From a virus (lineage: Duplodnaviria > Caudoviricetes), in IMG/VR virus record IMGVR_UViG_3300049136_000018, positions 1 through 24,121 of that record: 24,121 bases of DNA. One strand, written 5' to 3'. The notes below the pieces were generated by a model. That model was not told the origin of the DNA. It saw only the letters and a program-made list of their open reading frames with translations, and did not search any database. Position numbers and translations under genes: made by a program. Positions 7,554 to 16,644 of the stretch are shown here, in pieces (position 1 is the stretch's first letter; every line of letters begins with the position of its first letter).

Positions 7554-8302
7554 ATACGTTCACCCGGTCGTTCCCGCTGGAGGACATCTCGGTCACCGGC
7601 GACAGCGACGGCCGCACCGTGGAGGCTTACGCCGCTGTGTGGGACACCCCGACGGAGATCCGCGACCAGGATGGCCACTACATGGAGGTCATCGGCCGGA
7701 CGGCGTTCGAGAAGACCATCGCGGAGCGCGGCACCCGCCTGCCGGTGTTCTACAACCACGGCCGCACCCTCCACGGGGCCAGCTCCGAGCGCGGGTCCGT
7801 GCCGATCGGAACGCCGCTGGAGATCCGCGCCGACAGCCGCGGTCTGTACACCCGCACCCGCTACCACCGGACGCCGCTGGCGGACGAGATCCTCGAAGCG
7901 ATCCGAGAGGGCAGCATCCGCGGGCAGTCGTTCTCCGGCCGGTTCATCCAGTCCAACCCCGCCCGCGTGCCCCGCCGGCGCACTGGCGGCGAGCTGCCCA
8001 CGATCACCCGGACGGAGATCCGGCTCACCGAGTACGGGCCGACGCCGATCCCCGCCTACGAGGGCGCGGAGATCCTCGGCGTCCGGTCCCTGCTCGCCGG
8101 GATCACCGGCCTGAGCGATGAGGACCGCGCGGAGCTGGTACGCGCGCTCACCACGTCCACCACCCCCACGGGGGCCGGAGACCACACCGACACCCCCACC
8201 GAGGGGGCCGTCACGGACGAGCCGACCACCACCGGTCACTCGGGTCCGATCATGACGCCGCACCACGTGCGGGCCCGACTGCGGAAAGCAGGTCTGCTGT
8301 GA
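7550..8302 (+). CDS. HK97-family prohead protease
   Basis: GRTVEAYAAVWD, EVIGRTAFEKTI, FYNHG (His), GQSFSG (Ser), EYGPTPIPAY. Confidence 0.93.
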   Translation: MNTFTRSFPLEDISVTGDSDGRTVEAYAAVWDTPTEIRDQDGHYMEVIGRTAFEKTIAERGTRLPVFYNHGRTLHGASSERGSVPIGTPLEIRADSRGLYTRTRYHRTPLADEILEAIREGSIRGQSFSGRFIQSNPARVPRRRTGGELPTITRTEIRLTEYGPTPIPAYEGAEILGVRSLLAGITGLSDEDRAELVRALTTSTTPTGAGDHTDTPTEGAVTDEPTTTGHSGPIMTPHHVRARLRKAGLL

Positions 8303-9849
8303 ACCACCCCGTTGTACCGACCGCCCCGGGCGCCATCCTCGGCTACCGCCGGGACGGCCGCCCCATCCGCCTCATCGCCGGAGGCGACAACGTCGGCCAC
8401 ATCCGCGCCCGCCTCGGCGAGATCGACTCCCGCCTGGGAGAGGTCCGCGCCGAACTGGTCGCCTTCGCCGACATCGAGGAGGCCCTCACCGAGGAACAGG
8501 TGTCCCGCTTCGAGGAGCTGGAGACCGAGGAGCGCACTCTGGTGGAGGAGCGGGAGCCGCTGGCCAGCCGCGCCGCCACCATCGACCGGATGCGCAGCGC
8601 CCTGGCCGCTGGCGGAAGTCGCTCCACCGAGCGCGGCGGTGTGGACGTCCACACCCGGAATGCCACCGCGTCCGGCCCGTTCGGGGACCTCGACGCGGTC
8701 CGCTCCGGCACCCTCGGCACGACCGACCTGCGGTCCCGGGCCCTGGACGCCATCGAGCAGGCCCCCGACTACGTGTCCGACACCCACCGGGAGCGCGCCA
8801 CCGAGCTGGTGGAGCGCGGCGACAAGCACGGCCGCATCTCGCGCCACATGCTGCTCACCGGCAGCCCCGACTACGAGGCCGCTTTCGAGGCCGTGCTCGG
8901 CGGTGTGCAGCCCTGGCAGCTGTCCGGAGCTGAGGGCAACGCTCTTCGGATGGCGGACGCGCACCTGCGCGCCATCAACATCGGCACGGACTCGGCCGGT
9001 GGCTTCCTGGTGCCGTTCTTCCTGGACCCCACCATCATCATGACCAGCGACGGGACCACCAACCCGTTCCGTCAGATCAGCCGCCAGGTGTCGATCACCA
9101 CGAACGTCTGGCACGGCATCACCAGCGACGGGGTGACCACGGAGTGGCTGGCCGAAGCCCAGGAAGCCACCGAGAACAGCCCCACGTTCACTCAGCCGGA
9201 GATCCCCACCCACAAGGCGGGCAGCTACCTTCAGGCGTCCTTCGAGGCTGTGCAGGACACCCCGATCGCTTCCCAGATCGGCACCCTGCTGGCCGAAGCG
9301 AAGGACGACGAAGAGGCGCGCGTCTTCGCCACCGGCAACGGCACCACCCGCCCGCGCGGTGTGGTCACCGCCGTCGCCGCGACCGCCGCGTCCGTGGTGG
9401 CCACCGGCACCGCCGGGACGTTCGCCGCCGAGGACGTCTACACGATGCTCGGCGAGATCCCGGCCCGCCACGAGAACAACCTCAACTGGGTCGCGAACAA
9501 GAACATCTACCTGCTCGCCCGCCAGTTCGCGACCACCAACCAGTCGCACGCGTTCTGGGCGGACTTCGGCGCGGGCACCCCGGCGCAGCTGCTCGGCGTG
9601 CCCACCCGCAAGTCCTCGGAGATGGCCCGCGCGGTCGCCGACAACGCGAACATCCTGCTGCTCGGCGACTTCCAGAAGTACCAGATCGTGGACCGCATCG
9701 GCATGACCGTGCAGCACGAGCCGCTGGTCAAGGGCCCCAACCGGCGCCCGACCGGCCAGGTGGGTTGGTTCGCGCACTGGCGTATGGGCGGCGACGTCCT
9801 GGACGCCAACGCGTTCCGGCTGCTCCAGGTCGGCGACTCGACCCCGTAA
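8299..9849 (+). CDS. Major capsid protein, HK97 fold, with N-terminal coiled-coil scaffold (delta) domain
   Basis: GGFLVP, WLAE, GNGT..PRG, LLGVP, GDFQKYQIVDRIG, R.GGDVLDANAF; helical N-terminal region. Confidence 0.95.
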   Translation: MNHPVVPTAPGAILGYRRDGRPIRLIAGGDNVGHIRARLGEIDSRLGEVRAELVAFADIEEALTEEQVSRFEELETEERTLVEEREPLASRAATIDRMRSALAAGGSRSTERGGVDVHTRNATASGPFGDLDAVRSGTLGTTDLRSRALDAIEQAPDYVSDTHRERATELVERGDKHGRISRHMLLTGSPDYEAAFEAVLGGVQPWQLSGAEGNALRMADAHLRAINIGTDSAGGFLVPFFLDPTIIMTSDGTTNPFRQISRQVSITTNVWHGITSDGVTTEWLAEAQEATENSPTFTQPEIPTHKAGSYLQASFEAVQDTPIASQIGTLLAEAKDDEEARVFATGNGTTRPRGVVTAVAATAASVVATGTAGTFAAEDVYTMLGEIPARHENNLNWVANKNIYLLARQFATTNQSHAFWADFGAGTPAQLLGVPTRKSSEMARAVADNANILLLGDFQKYQIVDRIGMTVQHEPLVKGPNRRPTGQVGWFAHWRMGGDVLDANAFRLLQVGDSTP

Positions 9850-9863
9850 CCGCACCAACGGGC

Positions 9864-9894
9864 AGGGGCGGCACCCACCACGGGTGTCGCCCCT
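9864..9894 (+). terminator. Stem-loop directly after the capsid gene
   Basis: AGGGGCGGCACCC-accac-GGGTGTCGCCCCT, 13-bp stem with one G-U pair. Confidence 0.6.
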
Positions 9895-9911
9895 TCGGAT
9901 TGGAGGACCAC

Positions 9912-10232
9912 GTGAAGCGCGTGAAGACGCCGTTCGCGGCCGGTGTGCGGGTGTACCCGGTCGGCGCGGAGCTGCCCGACAACCACCCGCTGGTGAAGGG
10001 GCGAGCCGACCTGTTCGAGGACGTCCCGAAGCAGACGAAGCGCAGCCGGGGCAAGACCACCGCGAAGGACGGCCAGCCCGCCGACGACACCGGCGGGGAA
10101 CAGGGAAGCGACGGCCAGGACGAGAAACCCACCGAGGGCCAGGAGCAGGACGACGGCGGTCAGGAGAAGCCCGCCAACGGCGACGGCCCGGAGCAGAACA
10201 GCGAGGGCGCCGGTGCTGACGGCGAAGCCTGA
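9912..10232 (+). CDS. Hypothetical post-capsid protein, 106 aa, with acidic low-complexity tail
   Basis: GTG 9912 with GGAGG RBS; NHPLVKGRADLFED motif followed by a D/E/G/Q-rich tail. Confidence 0.75.
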   Translation: MKRVKTPFAAGVRVYPVGAELPDNHPLVKGRADLFEDVPKQTKRSRGKTTAKDGQPADDTGGEQGSDGQDEKPTEGQEQDDGGQEKPANGDGPEQNSEGAGADGEA

Positions 10233-10758
10233 CCCGTTCCTGGACACCGAAGAGGTCAAGGCGCACCTCAACAAGGTGACCAACACGTCCGACAGCGAGC
10301 TGCCGGGGTTCATCGACGCCGCGTGCGAGATGATCCGCCAGCGCATCGGTGAGGTGCTGGCCGTCCCCGCTGCCGAGACCGTCACGGTGACCGGCGGGCG
10401 GGCGGTGCTTCACCACCGGCCGGTCCTGGACGTCACCACGCCGGGCTGGGAGGTGCTCTCCCCGGAGGGTGTCGTCCGGGCCCCGGTCGGCGACGGCGCC
10501 GCCGAGGTGACCTACACCGCAGGGCGGGCGGCCACCGCCGACGACGTCCCTGGGCACATCCGCCTCGCTGGTCTGGAGCTGGTCCGGCACCTGTGGACCA
10601 ACAGCCAGAACCAGCGCGCGAGCGGGTCGGCGACTCGCCCTGTGGCGGGCGCGTCCGACGGCAGCTACATGCCGGGCACCGCCTACTCGATGCCCTACCG
10701 GGTCCGAGAGCTGCTCGGCCTCGGCCGGGAGCCGACCGACCAACCGCTGGTGGGGTGA
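10213..10758 (+). CDS. Head-tail connector/adaptor (gp6/gp15-like)
   Basis: LDTEEVKAHLN..DSELPGFIDAA; VTYTAG..VPGHIRLAGLELVRHLW; position. Confidence 0.82.
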   Translation: MLTAKPDPFLDTEEVKAHLNKVTNTSDSELPGFIDAACEMIRQRIGEVLAVPAAETVTVTGGRAVLHHRPVLDVTTPGWEVLSPEGVVRAPVGDGAAEVTYTAGRAATADDVPGHIRLAGLELVRHLWTNSQNQRASGSATRPVAGASDGSYMPGTAYSMPYRVRELLGLGREPTDQPLVG

Positions 10759-10760
10759 CC

Positions 10761-11219
10761 ATGACGTCCGCAACGAGCGTCCCGCGCGTGCTCGCCGCCC
10801 TGGTGGCCCTGTGCGAGACCGCACCCGACATCGGCGGCGCCGGCGTCCAGGTCATCGACGGCCAGCCCTTGGTGGAGCAGGACCCCGACGTGGTGGTGGT
10901 CGGCTGGTCGCCGGTCCGCCCGACCACGGAGATCAACCAGACCCGGCAGAACGCCGCCGCGACCCGCGACCAAGAGGTGTACGACCTGCCGGTGCTGTGC
11001 TCCTCCGAGCGCGGTGACCCCGACATGCGGCTGGTCCGCGACCGGGTGGAGACGCTGGTCAACGCCTTCAACGCGGGGCTGCTGGCAGACCGGCGGCTGG
11101 GCGGGGCGTGCCTGATGGCTCAGATCAGCACCGTCACCTGGGAGCAGGCCGCCGTAGAGGGCGGGGTGGCCGCGACCGCCGAAGTGCTGGTCACCATCAC
11201 CGCCATGACCAGCAGGTAG
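10761..11219 (+). CDS. Neck/tail-terminator-like protein, 152 aa
   Basis: Size, position and V.DG / DRRLGG pattern; ATG 10761 (alternative GTG 10755). Confidence 0.65.
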   Translation: MTSATSVPRVLAALVALCETAPDIGGAGVQVIDGQPLVEQDPDVVVVGWSPVRPTTEINQTRQNAAATRDQEVYDLPVLCSSERGDPDMRLVRDRVETLVNAFNAGLLADRRLGGACLMAQISTVTWEQAAVEGGVAATAEVLVTITAMTSR

Positions 11220-11229
11220 GAGGTGCCCC

Positions 11230-11676
11230 GTGGAAGAGCTTGTCTCGCTCGACCGGGCGGGCAACGCGATCCGGCGGATCATCCGCGACCACGGCCGGTT
11301 CCCCGAGGAGCTGCGCAAGAGCCTTCGTCCGCAGATGAGGGCCGCCGGTCAAACGCTCCTCGCGGACGCCCGACGGCGGGCCTCGTGGTCTACCCGCATC
11401 CCGAAGTCGCTTCGGCTCGCCACGTCGTTCACGAAGCGCCAGGCCGGGGTGTCCATCGTGGCGTCCCGCCGGGTCGCCCCGCACGCCCGACCGCTGGAGG
11501 GCATCCGCGGCAACGCGGAGTTCCGCCACCCCGTGTTCGGCGACCGCGACACGTGGGTCACCCAGTCCACCAGGCCGTACCTGGTCCCGGCTGTGGACAT
11601 GCACGGCCGACGGGTCGTGGAAGCGGTCAACCGAGCAGTCACCGACGCCGCGAACGCGGCCGGATACGGAAGGTAG
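11230..11676 (+). CDS. HK97 gp10-like tail completion protein
   Basis: Very basic; APHARPLEG..FRHPVFG..WVTQSTRPYLVPA; AGGAGG RBS. Confidence 0.75.
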   Translation: MEELVSLDRAGNAIRRIIRDHGRFPEELRKSLRPQMRAAGQTLLADARRRASWSTRIPKSLRLATSFTKRQAGVSIVASRRVAPHARPLEGIRGNAEFRHPVFGDRDTWVTQSTRPYLVPAVDMHGRRVVEAVNRAVTDAANAAGYGR

Positions 11677-11681
11677 AAGAG

Positions 11682-11870
11682 ATGGCTCTGCGCACCGTGC
11701 GCATGCGGCACCCCGACGTCCCCAAGGCGTATGACGCCCCCGCCCAGGCGGTGCCCCACTGGGAGGCCCGTGGCTGGAAGGTGATCCCCGAGCCGGGCAC
11801 CCCCGCCGCCGCGGCCCCCGTCAAGACCTCGGCGAAGACCGCCGACGAGAAGAAGGGCGGTAACGGCTGA
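11682..11870 (+). CDS. Small hypothetical protein, 62 aa (HP...HWEARGW)
   Basis: ATG 11682; TGATG overlap with the tail tube gene. Confidence 0.7.
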   Translation: MALRTVRMRHPDVPKAYDAPAQAVPHWEARGWKVIPEPGTPAAAAPVKTSAKTADEKKGGNG

Positions 11871-12370
11871 TGGCTGCTCCGCAGATCGAAGCCACCGAGA
11901 AGTTCGTCCACGCCGGGGTCACGAGGATCACCTTCACCCCGACCATCGCGGACGTGAACGCGCCGACCCGCGCTGAGCTGGACGCCGGTACCGACCTCAC
12001 CCGCGAGGTGACCGCCGCGGCCGGGTGGCAGGTGTCCAGCGCGAGGGTCACCTACAACCCCTTGCACACGAAGTTCACTCCGTCGATCGAGGGCCGCATC
12101 AGCGTGGAGGACTCCTCCCTGACGCTGCCCCAGGACATCGCGGGCACCGACGTGCGCGAGATTCTTCCCCGGGGGACCAGGGGGTTCATCGTGATCATGC
12201 ACGGTGGTGACGTCGTGGACTCGCCGATGGACGTGTGGCCGGTGGCCGTGTCGTCCCTGGGCAAGAACGTGTCGACGGAAGGCACGGAGATCGCCAGCAT
12301 CGTCGTCAGCTTCGCCATCGTGGAGGAGCCCGCCGAGGACGTGGCCATCCCCGCGGCGGCGGCCGGATGA
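11870..12370 (+). CDS. Major tail (tube) protein
   Basis: PTIAD.NAPTRAELDAGTDLT motif, MDVWPV; position before chaperone and TMP. Confidence 0.9.
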   Translation: MAAPQIEATEKFVHAGVTRITFTPTIADVNAPTRAELDAGTDLTREVTAAAGWQVSSARVTYNPLHTKFTPSIEGRISVEDSSLTLPQDIAGTDVREILPRGTRGFIVIMHGGDVVDSPMDVWPVAVSSLGKNVSTEGTEIASIVVSFAIVEEPAEDVAIPAAAAG

Positions 12371-12891
12371 GCGGCACCATGAAGGACCGGCTGCTCCAGC
12401 GGGAGCGGCCGGTCGCCGTGTACCCGTGCCGCGTCGCCTCGGTGGAGGAGACCCAGGCGGCTGAGAGCGCGCTCGCCATGGCCCGCAAGGTCGCCATGGG
12501 CGTCAAGGAGACCGACAAGGTCGCGGCCCGCAAGGCGAAGAAGGTCCTAGAGGACGCCGAAGCGAAGCGGGACGCCTGCTACGTGAAGATCCGCCTCCGC
12601 GCGATGGAGCCCAAGGTCTTCGAGGCGCTCAGCGACGTCTACCCGCCCGCGCCCGACGACGCCGACGACGACACGAAGAAGACGGCCGATGAGGCGTACC
12701 TCCACGCCGTCTTCCTCGGCAGCGTGGAGGGCGACGGGTCCATGTCCGAGGACGACTGGACCGACTTCATCCACCACAACGTCGGCACGTCCGAGCGCAA
12801 CGACATCTACAACATGGGGATCGCGGTCAACGGGCGCGTCCGGGCTCTGGACCCCGCGACCCCAAAAGGCTTGACCGCGACCCGCGGCTGA
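12367..12891 (+). CDS. Tail assembly chaperone (gpG-like), 174 aa
   Basis: ATGA overlap; between tail tube and TMP; slippery heptamer near the 3' end. Confidence 0.85.
   Translation: MSGTMKDRLLQRERPVAVYPCRVASVEETQAAESALAMARKVAMGVKETDKVAARKAKKVLEDAEAKRDACYVKIRLRAMEPKVFEALSDVYPPAPDDADDDTKKTADEAYLHAVFLGSVEGDGSMSEDDWTDFIHHNVGTSERNDIYNMGIAVNGRVRALDPATPKGLTATRG
12861..12867 (+). other. -1 programmed ribosomal frameshift site C CCA AAA
   Basis: X XXY YYZ heptamer in the correct phase; A-rich codons unusual for this GC content; -1 frame open to TAG at 13191-13193. Confidence 0.88.
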
Positions 12892-13193
12892 GGCTGGAAG
12901 CCGAGGTCGCCCGGCACTACCGCATCCCGCACAGCGCCTTCCTGGAGTGGCCGAAGAGGGACCGGGACCTGGCCCTGTGGCAGCACATCCGCGAGCAGCA
13001 GACGTGCTCTGGGTGCGGGACCCGCCCGGACGAGTGGGACCCGGCTCAGGGGGGCAGCCGCACGGCGTATCTGTCGGCGGTGTCCTCCTGCCCGGGGTGT
13101 GAGCGGATCGCGGAACGCCAGCGCCACCTCAAGAACACGAAGGATCACGTCCCGGCCGGGGTGAAGGTCCACCTGCGCAAACACCACGAGTAG
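12867..13193 (+). CDS. Frameshift extension of the tail chaperone (gpT-like; fusion 12367-13193, about 275 aa)
   Basis: [46 protein letters not shown]; fills the gap before TMP; absent from the ORF track. Confidence 0.85.
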   Translation, partial: RLDRDPRLRLEAEVARHYRIPHSAFLEWPKRDRDLALWQHIREQQTCSGCGTRPDEWDPAQGGSRTAYLSAVSSCPGCERIAERQRHLKNTKDHVPAGVKVHLRKHHE

Positions 13194-13204
13194 GGGGTGG
13201 TCCT

Positions 13205-16200
13205 GTGGCGACCGGAACCCAGCAGCGGGACCTCCGCATCAACTTGTCGGCGAACCAGGCCGGGTTGGAGCGCAGCCTCCAGCGGGCCGGGTCCGCCATG
13301 GAGCGGTACCAGCGGTCGGTGGAGGACGCCTCCAACGCGGTCGCGAGGCTGGAGCAGGAACTCCAGCGGGACATCGAACGCACCCTCGCCGAGGTGGAGG
13401 CGAACGCAGCCGCGCGGGCCGAAGCGTTCGCGAGTGCTGGGCAGGGCATGCTCATCGCCGGGGCCGCGATCACCGCCGGACTCGGCATGGCCGCTCAGGC
13501 CGCGATCGAGTGGGAGTCCGCGTGGGCCGGGGTCACCAAGGTCTTGGATGCCACGCCGGAGCAGACGGAGCGCCTGGAGGAGAGCCTTCGGGATCTCGCC
13601 CTCCAGATCCCCGTCACCTCCACGGAGCTGGCCGGGATCGCCGCCGCCGCTGCCCAGCTGGGCGTGGAGAGCCAGCACATCATCGGCTTCACGGAGACCA
13701 TCGCGGCGATGTCGGTGGCCACGGACATGGTCGCCGAAGAGGCTGCGATGCAGCTGGCGCGTTTCGGCGCGATCATGGGCACCCCGCAGGCCGACGTGGA
13801 CCGGCTCGGTGCGTCCCTGGTGGAACTGGGCAACAATGCCGCCGCGACCGAGTCCGAGATCATGACCATGGCCATGCGCATCGCAGGCGCGGGCCAGACT
13901 GTGGGGCTCACCGAGGGCGAGGTCCTCGGGTTCGCTGCGTCGCTGGCCTCCATCGGCATGGAGGCGGAGGCAGGCGGTAGCGCGGTGTCCCGCGTGCTGC
14001 TGTCCATCGACACGGCCGTCACCACGTCTGGGGAGAAACTCCAGGGTTTCGCGTCGGTGGCGGGGATGAGCGCCGCCGAGTACGCCGAAGCGTGGGCGAA
14101 CGACCCCGCGGCGGCCACCCAGAAGTTCGTGGCCGGGCTCGGCGAGATGAACTCCCAGGGGGAGAACGTCGTCGGCACCCTCGACCGCCTGGGCCTGGGC
14201 GAGATCGTGGTCCGTGACGCCCTGCTCCGTATGGCCGGGGCCAGCGACATGGTGGGCGAGAGCCTGGAGCGCGGCAACACCGGGTGGGAGGAGAACAGCG
14301 CCCTGGTGGAGGAGGCGGCCGCCCGGTACGCGACGACGGAAAGCCAGATCCGGATCGCTCAGAACGCGATCAACGAGACGGCCATCAGCCTCGGTGAGTC
14401 GCTGCTGCCCATGCTCGGCGACGTCGCCCAGAGGATCACCGACTACGGGACCGCGTTCGGGTCGCTGGACGACACCCAGCAGCAGTGGATCACCGGGATC
14501 AGCGGCGGCGCTGGCGCGCTGGCGCTCCTGACCGGCGCCCTGATCACGGTCGGCCCGAGGATGATCGAGTTCAGAGGCCAGATGCAGGACCTCCAGGCCG
14601 GGGGCGCGACGCGCTTCCAGCGCAGCCTCGGCGCGACCGCGTCCTTCCTGACCGGGCCCTACGGTGCTGCGCTCGGCGCGGTCATGCTCATCGGCGCGTC
14701 CTGGCTGGACCAGAAAGCGCAGCAGATCGCCGCCGAGGAAGGCTGGGCAAGGGCGTTCGCCGAGTCGAACGGCGTGATCGATGACTCCATCCGGATGCGC
14801 ACGATCCAGCGCGCCGAAGAGGAAGGCCTCCTGGAGCTTTCCCAGCAGGCCGGGATCTCCGCGACCCTTCTCACCGAGGCCCTCCAGGAGGAAGGGGCGG
14901 CCCGTGAGGCTCTGGCCGGGGTGACCCTGGCTCAGACCGGCGCCCTGTACGAGTCCACTGAGGAAGCCGCACGCGCCGGGTCTCAGACCCAGCTCCTCAA
15001 GCAGTACATGGAGGAGCTGTACGGGCCGGGGGTGGCGTGGACCGATCTCACCAAGGAGCAGCGTCAGGCGCTCGAAGACCTCTTCGACCCGATGTCCACC
15101 GTTGTGTCCGAGATCGACGCCGGGCGGCAGGCCCAGGAGGAGATCGCGGCGGCGACCGAGGAGACCTCGGCCCAGTACCTGACGGCGGCGGACGCGGCGA
15201 ACACGTTCCGGGAGAGCATCAGCGAGGTCAACTCGGTGCTGGCGGACGCGATCGACGCCGAGCTGAACTACAACTCGACGTTGCTGCGGGCTACGGAGAC
15301 CATCGCCGAGAACTCCGGCGCGACCGACCTCAACACCGAGGCGGGCATCAACAACCACCGCGCGCTCCTCGACGTCATCTCCGCTGGTGAGCGCGAGATC
15401 GAAACCATGATCGCGAACGGCGCGACCACCACCGAGTTGGAGGGCAAGAAGAACGAGCTGCGCGGCGACGTGGAGAGGTTGCGGAACACCGTCGGGTTGA
15501 CCGACGAGCAGTTCAGCGACTACGACGACATGTTGCGCAACGTCGAGGATCGCGTGGACACCCAGGTGGAGGTCACCGCGCGCGGCACCTACACCACCAC
15601 GAAGCCCGGCGGCGAAGGCCAGTGGGTGGACGAGCACCTCAGCTACCACGCCGACGGCGGCGCGGTGAAGGGCCCCGGCGGCCCCACCGAGGACCGGGTC
15701 CGGGCGATGCTGTCCGCTGGAGAGCACGTGTGGACCGCCGCCGAAGTCCAGGCCGCTGGCGGCCAGGAAGCCATGTACGCCATGCGCCAGCTGGTCAAGT
15801 CCGGGTCGTTGAAGTTCGCGGACGGCGGTGTGCGCCACTACGCGCGCGGCGGCGCGGTCCTGCCCAGCTCGGCGCGGATCGTGAACGACCACGACGAAGA
15901 CACGAGGATCAGTATTCAGAGGCTGATCGTGTCGACCATCGACGGGACGGCCCGGCAGCTCGCCCAGGACTGGAAGAAGCACATGCAGTCCGGGGGCAGC
16001 GTCGTCTCGGCGTGGCGTAGCCAGTTGGGTGTCCCGTACTCGTGGGGCGGCGGCGGTGTCATGGGGCCGGGCTACGGGTTCGCGCAGGGGGCGAACATCC
16101 GCGGCTTCGATTGCAGCTCGCTGATGCAGTACGGCTGGCACCGGGCCGGGGTGACGCTCCCCCGAACCACCTACGACCAGATCAACTACGGCCAGCCGGT

Positions 16201-16642
16201 GGCGAAGGGCAACGAGCGTCCGGGCGACCTGGTTTTCCCCCACCGGGGCCACGTCGCCGGGTACGTCGGGGCCGGGCGGCTGATCCACGCCCCGTACACG
16301 GGCGCGACGGTGTCCTACCGGGGGATGTACCCGAACCCGATCGCGATTCGGCGGCCTGGACGGTACGACACCGGGGGCGTTGCTCAGCACGGTGCGCTCA
16401 TGGAGAACATGTCGCACCGGCCGGAGCGGGTCCTCTCGCCCCGGCAGACGGATTCCTTCGAGCGCCTGGTCGACGGGCTCCTCAGTGGGGTGTCCATCCC
16501 GGCCGGGCAATCCGTGGACGGTGTGGCCGGTGGGGACGTCTACTACACGGTCAACCACGTGCCCGGGTTCACCACCGCGCGCGATCTCCAGCGCGTTGAG
16601 GAACGCCGTCAGCAGCGCGTGCGCGCGGGCCGGAGGGGGTGA
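13205..16642 (+). CDS. Tape measure protein (TP901-type core) with C-terminal NlpC/P60 peptidase domain
   Basis: Longest ORF, Ala-rich helical; WESAWAGVTK, LGNNAAATESEI, EAEAGGSA; GVPYSWGGG..GFDCSSL..PGDLVF..GHV..IHAP. Confidence 0.95.
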   Translation: MATGTQQRDLRINLSANQAGLERSLQRAGSAMERYQRSVEDASNAVARLEQELQRDIERTLAEVEANAAARAEAFASAGQGMLIAGAAITAGLGMAAQAAIEWESAWAGVTKVLDATPEQTERLEESLRDLALQIPVTSTELAGIAAAAAQLGVESQHIIGFTETIAAMSVATDMVAEEAAMQLARFGAIMGTPQADVDRLGASLVELGNNAAATESEIMTMAMRIAGAGQTVGLTEGEVLGFAASLASIGMEAEAGGSAVSRVLLSIDTAVTTSGEKLQGFASVAGMSAAEYAEAWANDPAAATQKFVAGLGEMNSQGENVVGTLDRLGLGEIVVRDALLRMAGASDMVGESLERGNTGWEENSALVEEAAARYATTESQIRIAQNAINETAISLGESLLPMLGDVAQRITDYGTAFGSLDDTQQQWITGISGGAGALALLTGALITVGPRMIEFRGQMQDLQAGGATRFQRSLGATASFLTGPYGAALGAVMLIGASWLDQKAQQIAAEEGWARAFAESNGVIDDSIRMRTIQRAEEEGLLELSQQAGISATLLTEALQEEGAAREALAGVTLAQTGALYESTEEAARAGSQTQLLKQYMEELYGPGVAWTDLTKEQRQALEDLFDPMSTVVSEIDAGRQAQEEIAAATEETSAQYLTAADAANTFRESISEVNSVLADAIDAELNYNSTLLRATETIAENSGATDLNTEAGINNHRALLDVISAGEREIETMIANGATTTELEGKKNELRGDVERLRNTVGLTDEQFSDYDDMLRNVEDRVDTQVEVTARGTYTTTKPGGEGQWVDEHLSYHADGGAVKGPGGPTEDRVRAMLSAGEHVWTAAEVQAAGGQEAMYAMRQLVKSGSLKFADGGVRHYARGGAVLPSSARIVNDHDEDTRISIQRLIVSTIDGTARQLAQDWKKHMQSGGSVVSAWRSQLGVPYSWGGGGVMGPGYGFAQGANIRGFDCSSLMQYGWHRAGVTLPRTTYDQINYGQPVAKGNERPGDLVFPHRGHVAGYVGAGRLIHAPYTGATVSYRGMYPNPIAIRRPGRYDTGGVAQHGALMENMSHRPERVLSPRQTDSFERLVDGLLSGVSIPAGQSVDGVAGGDVYYTVNHVPGFTTARDLQRVEERRQQRVRAGRRG

Positions 16643-16644
16643 GG

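Noticed and set aside
8236-10824. 862-aa minus-strand ORF, likewise 4397-6586 and 20727-22487
   Set aside because: Shadows of well-supported + strand genes; low-complexity composition, no motifs
13145-16558. 1137-aa minus-strand ORF
   Set aside because: Antisense shadow of the tape measure gene caused by GC3 bias; no motifs
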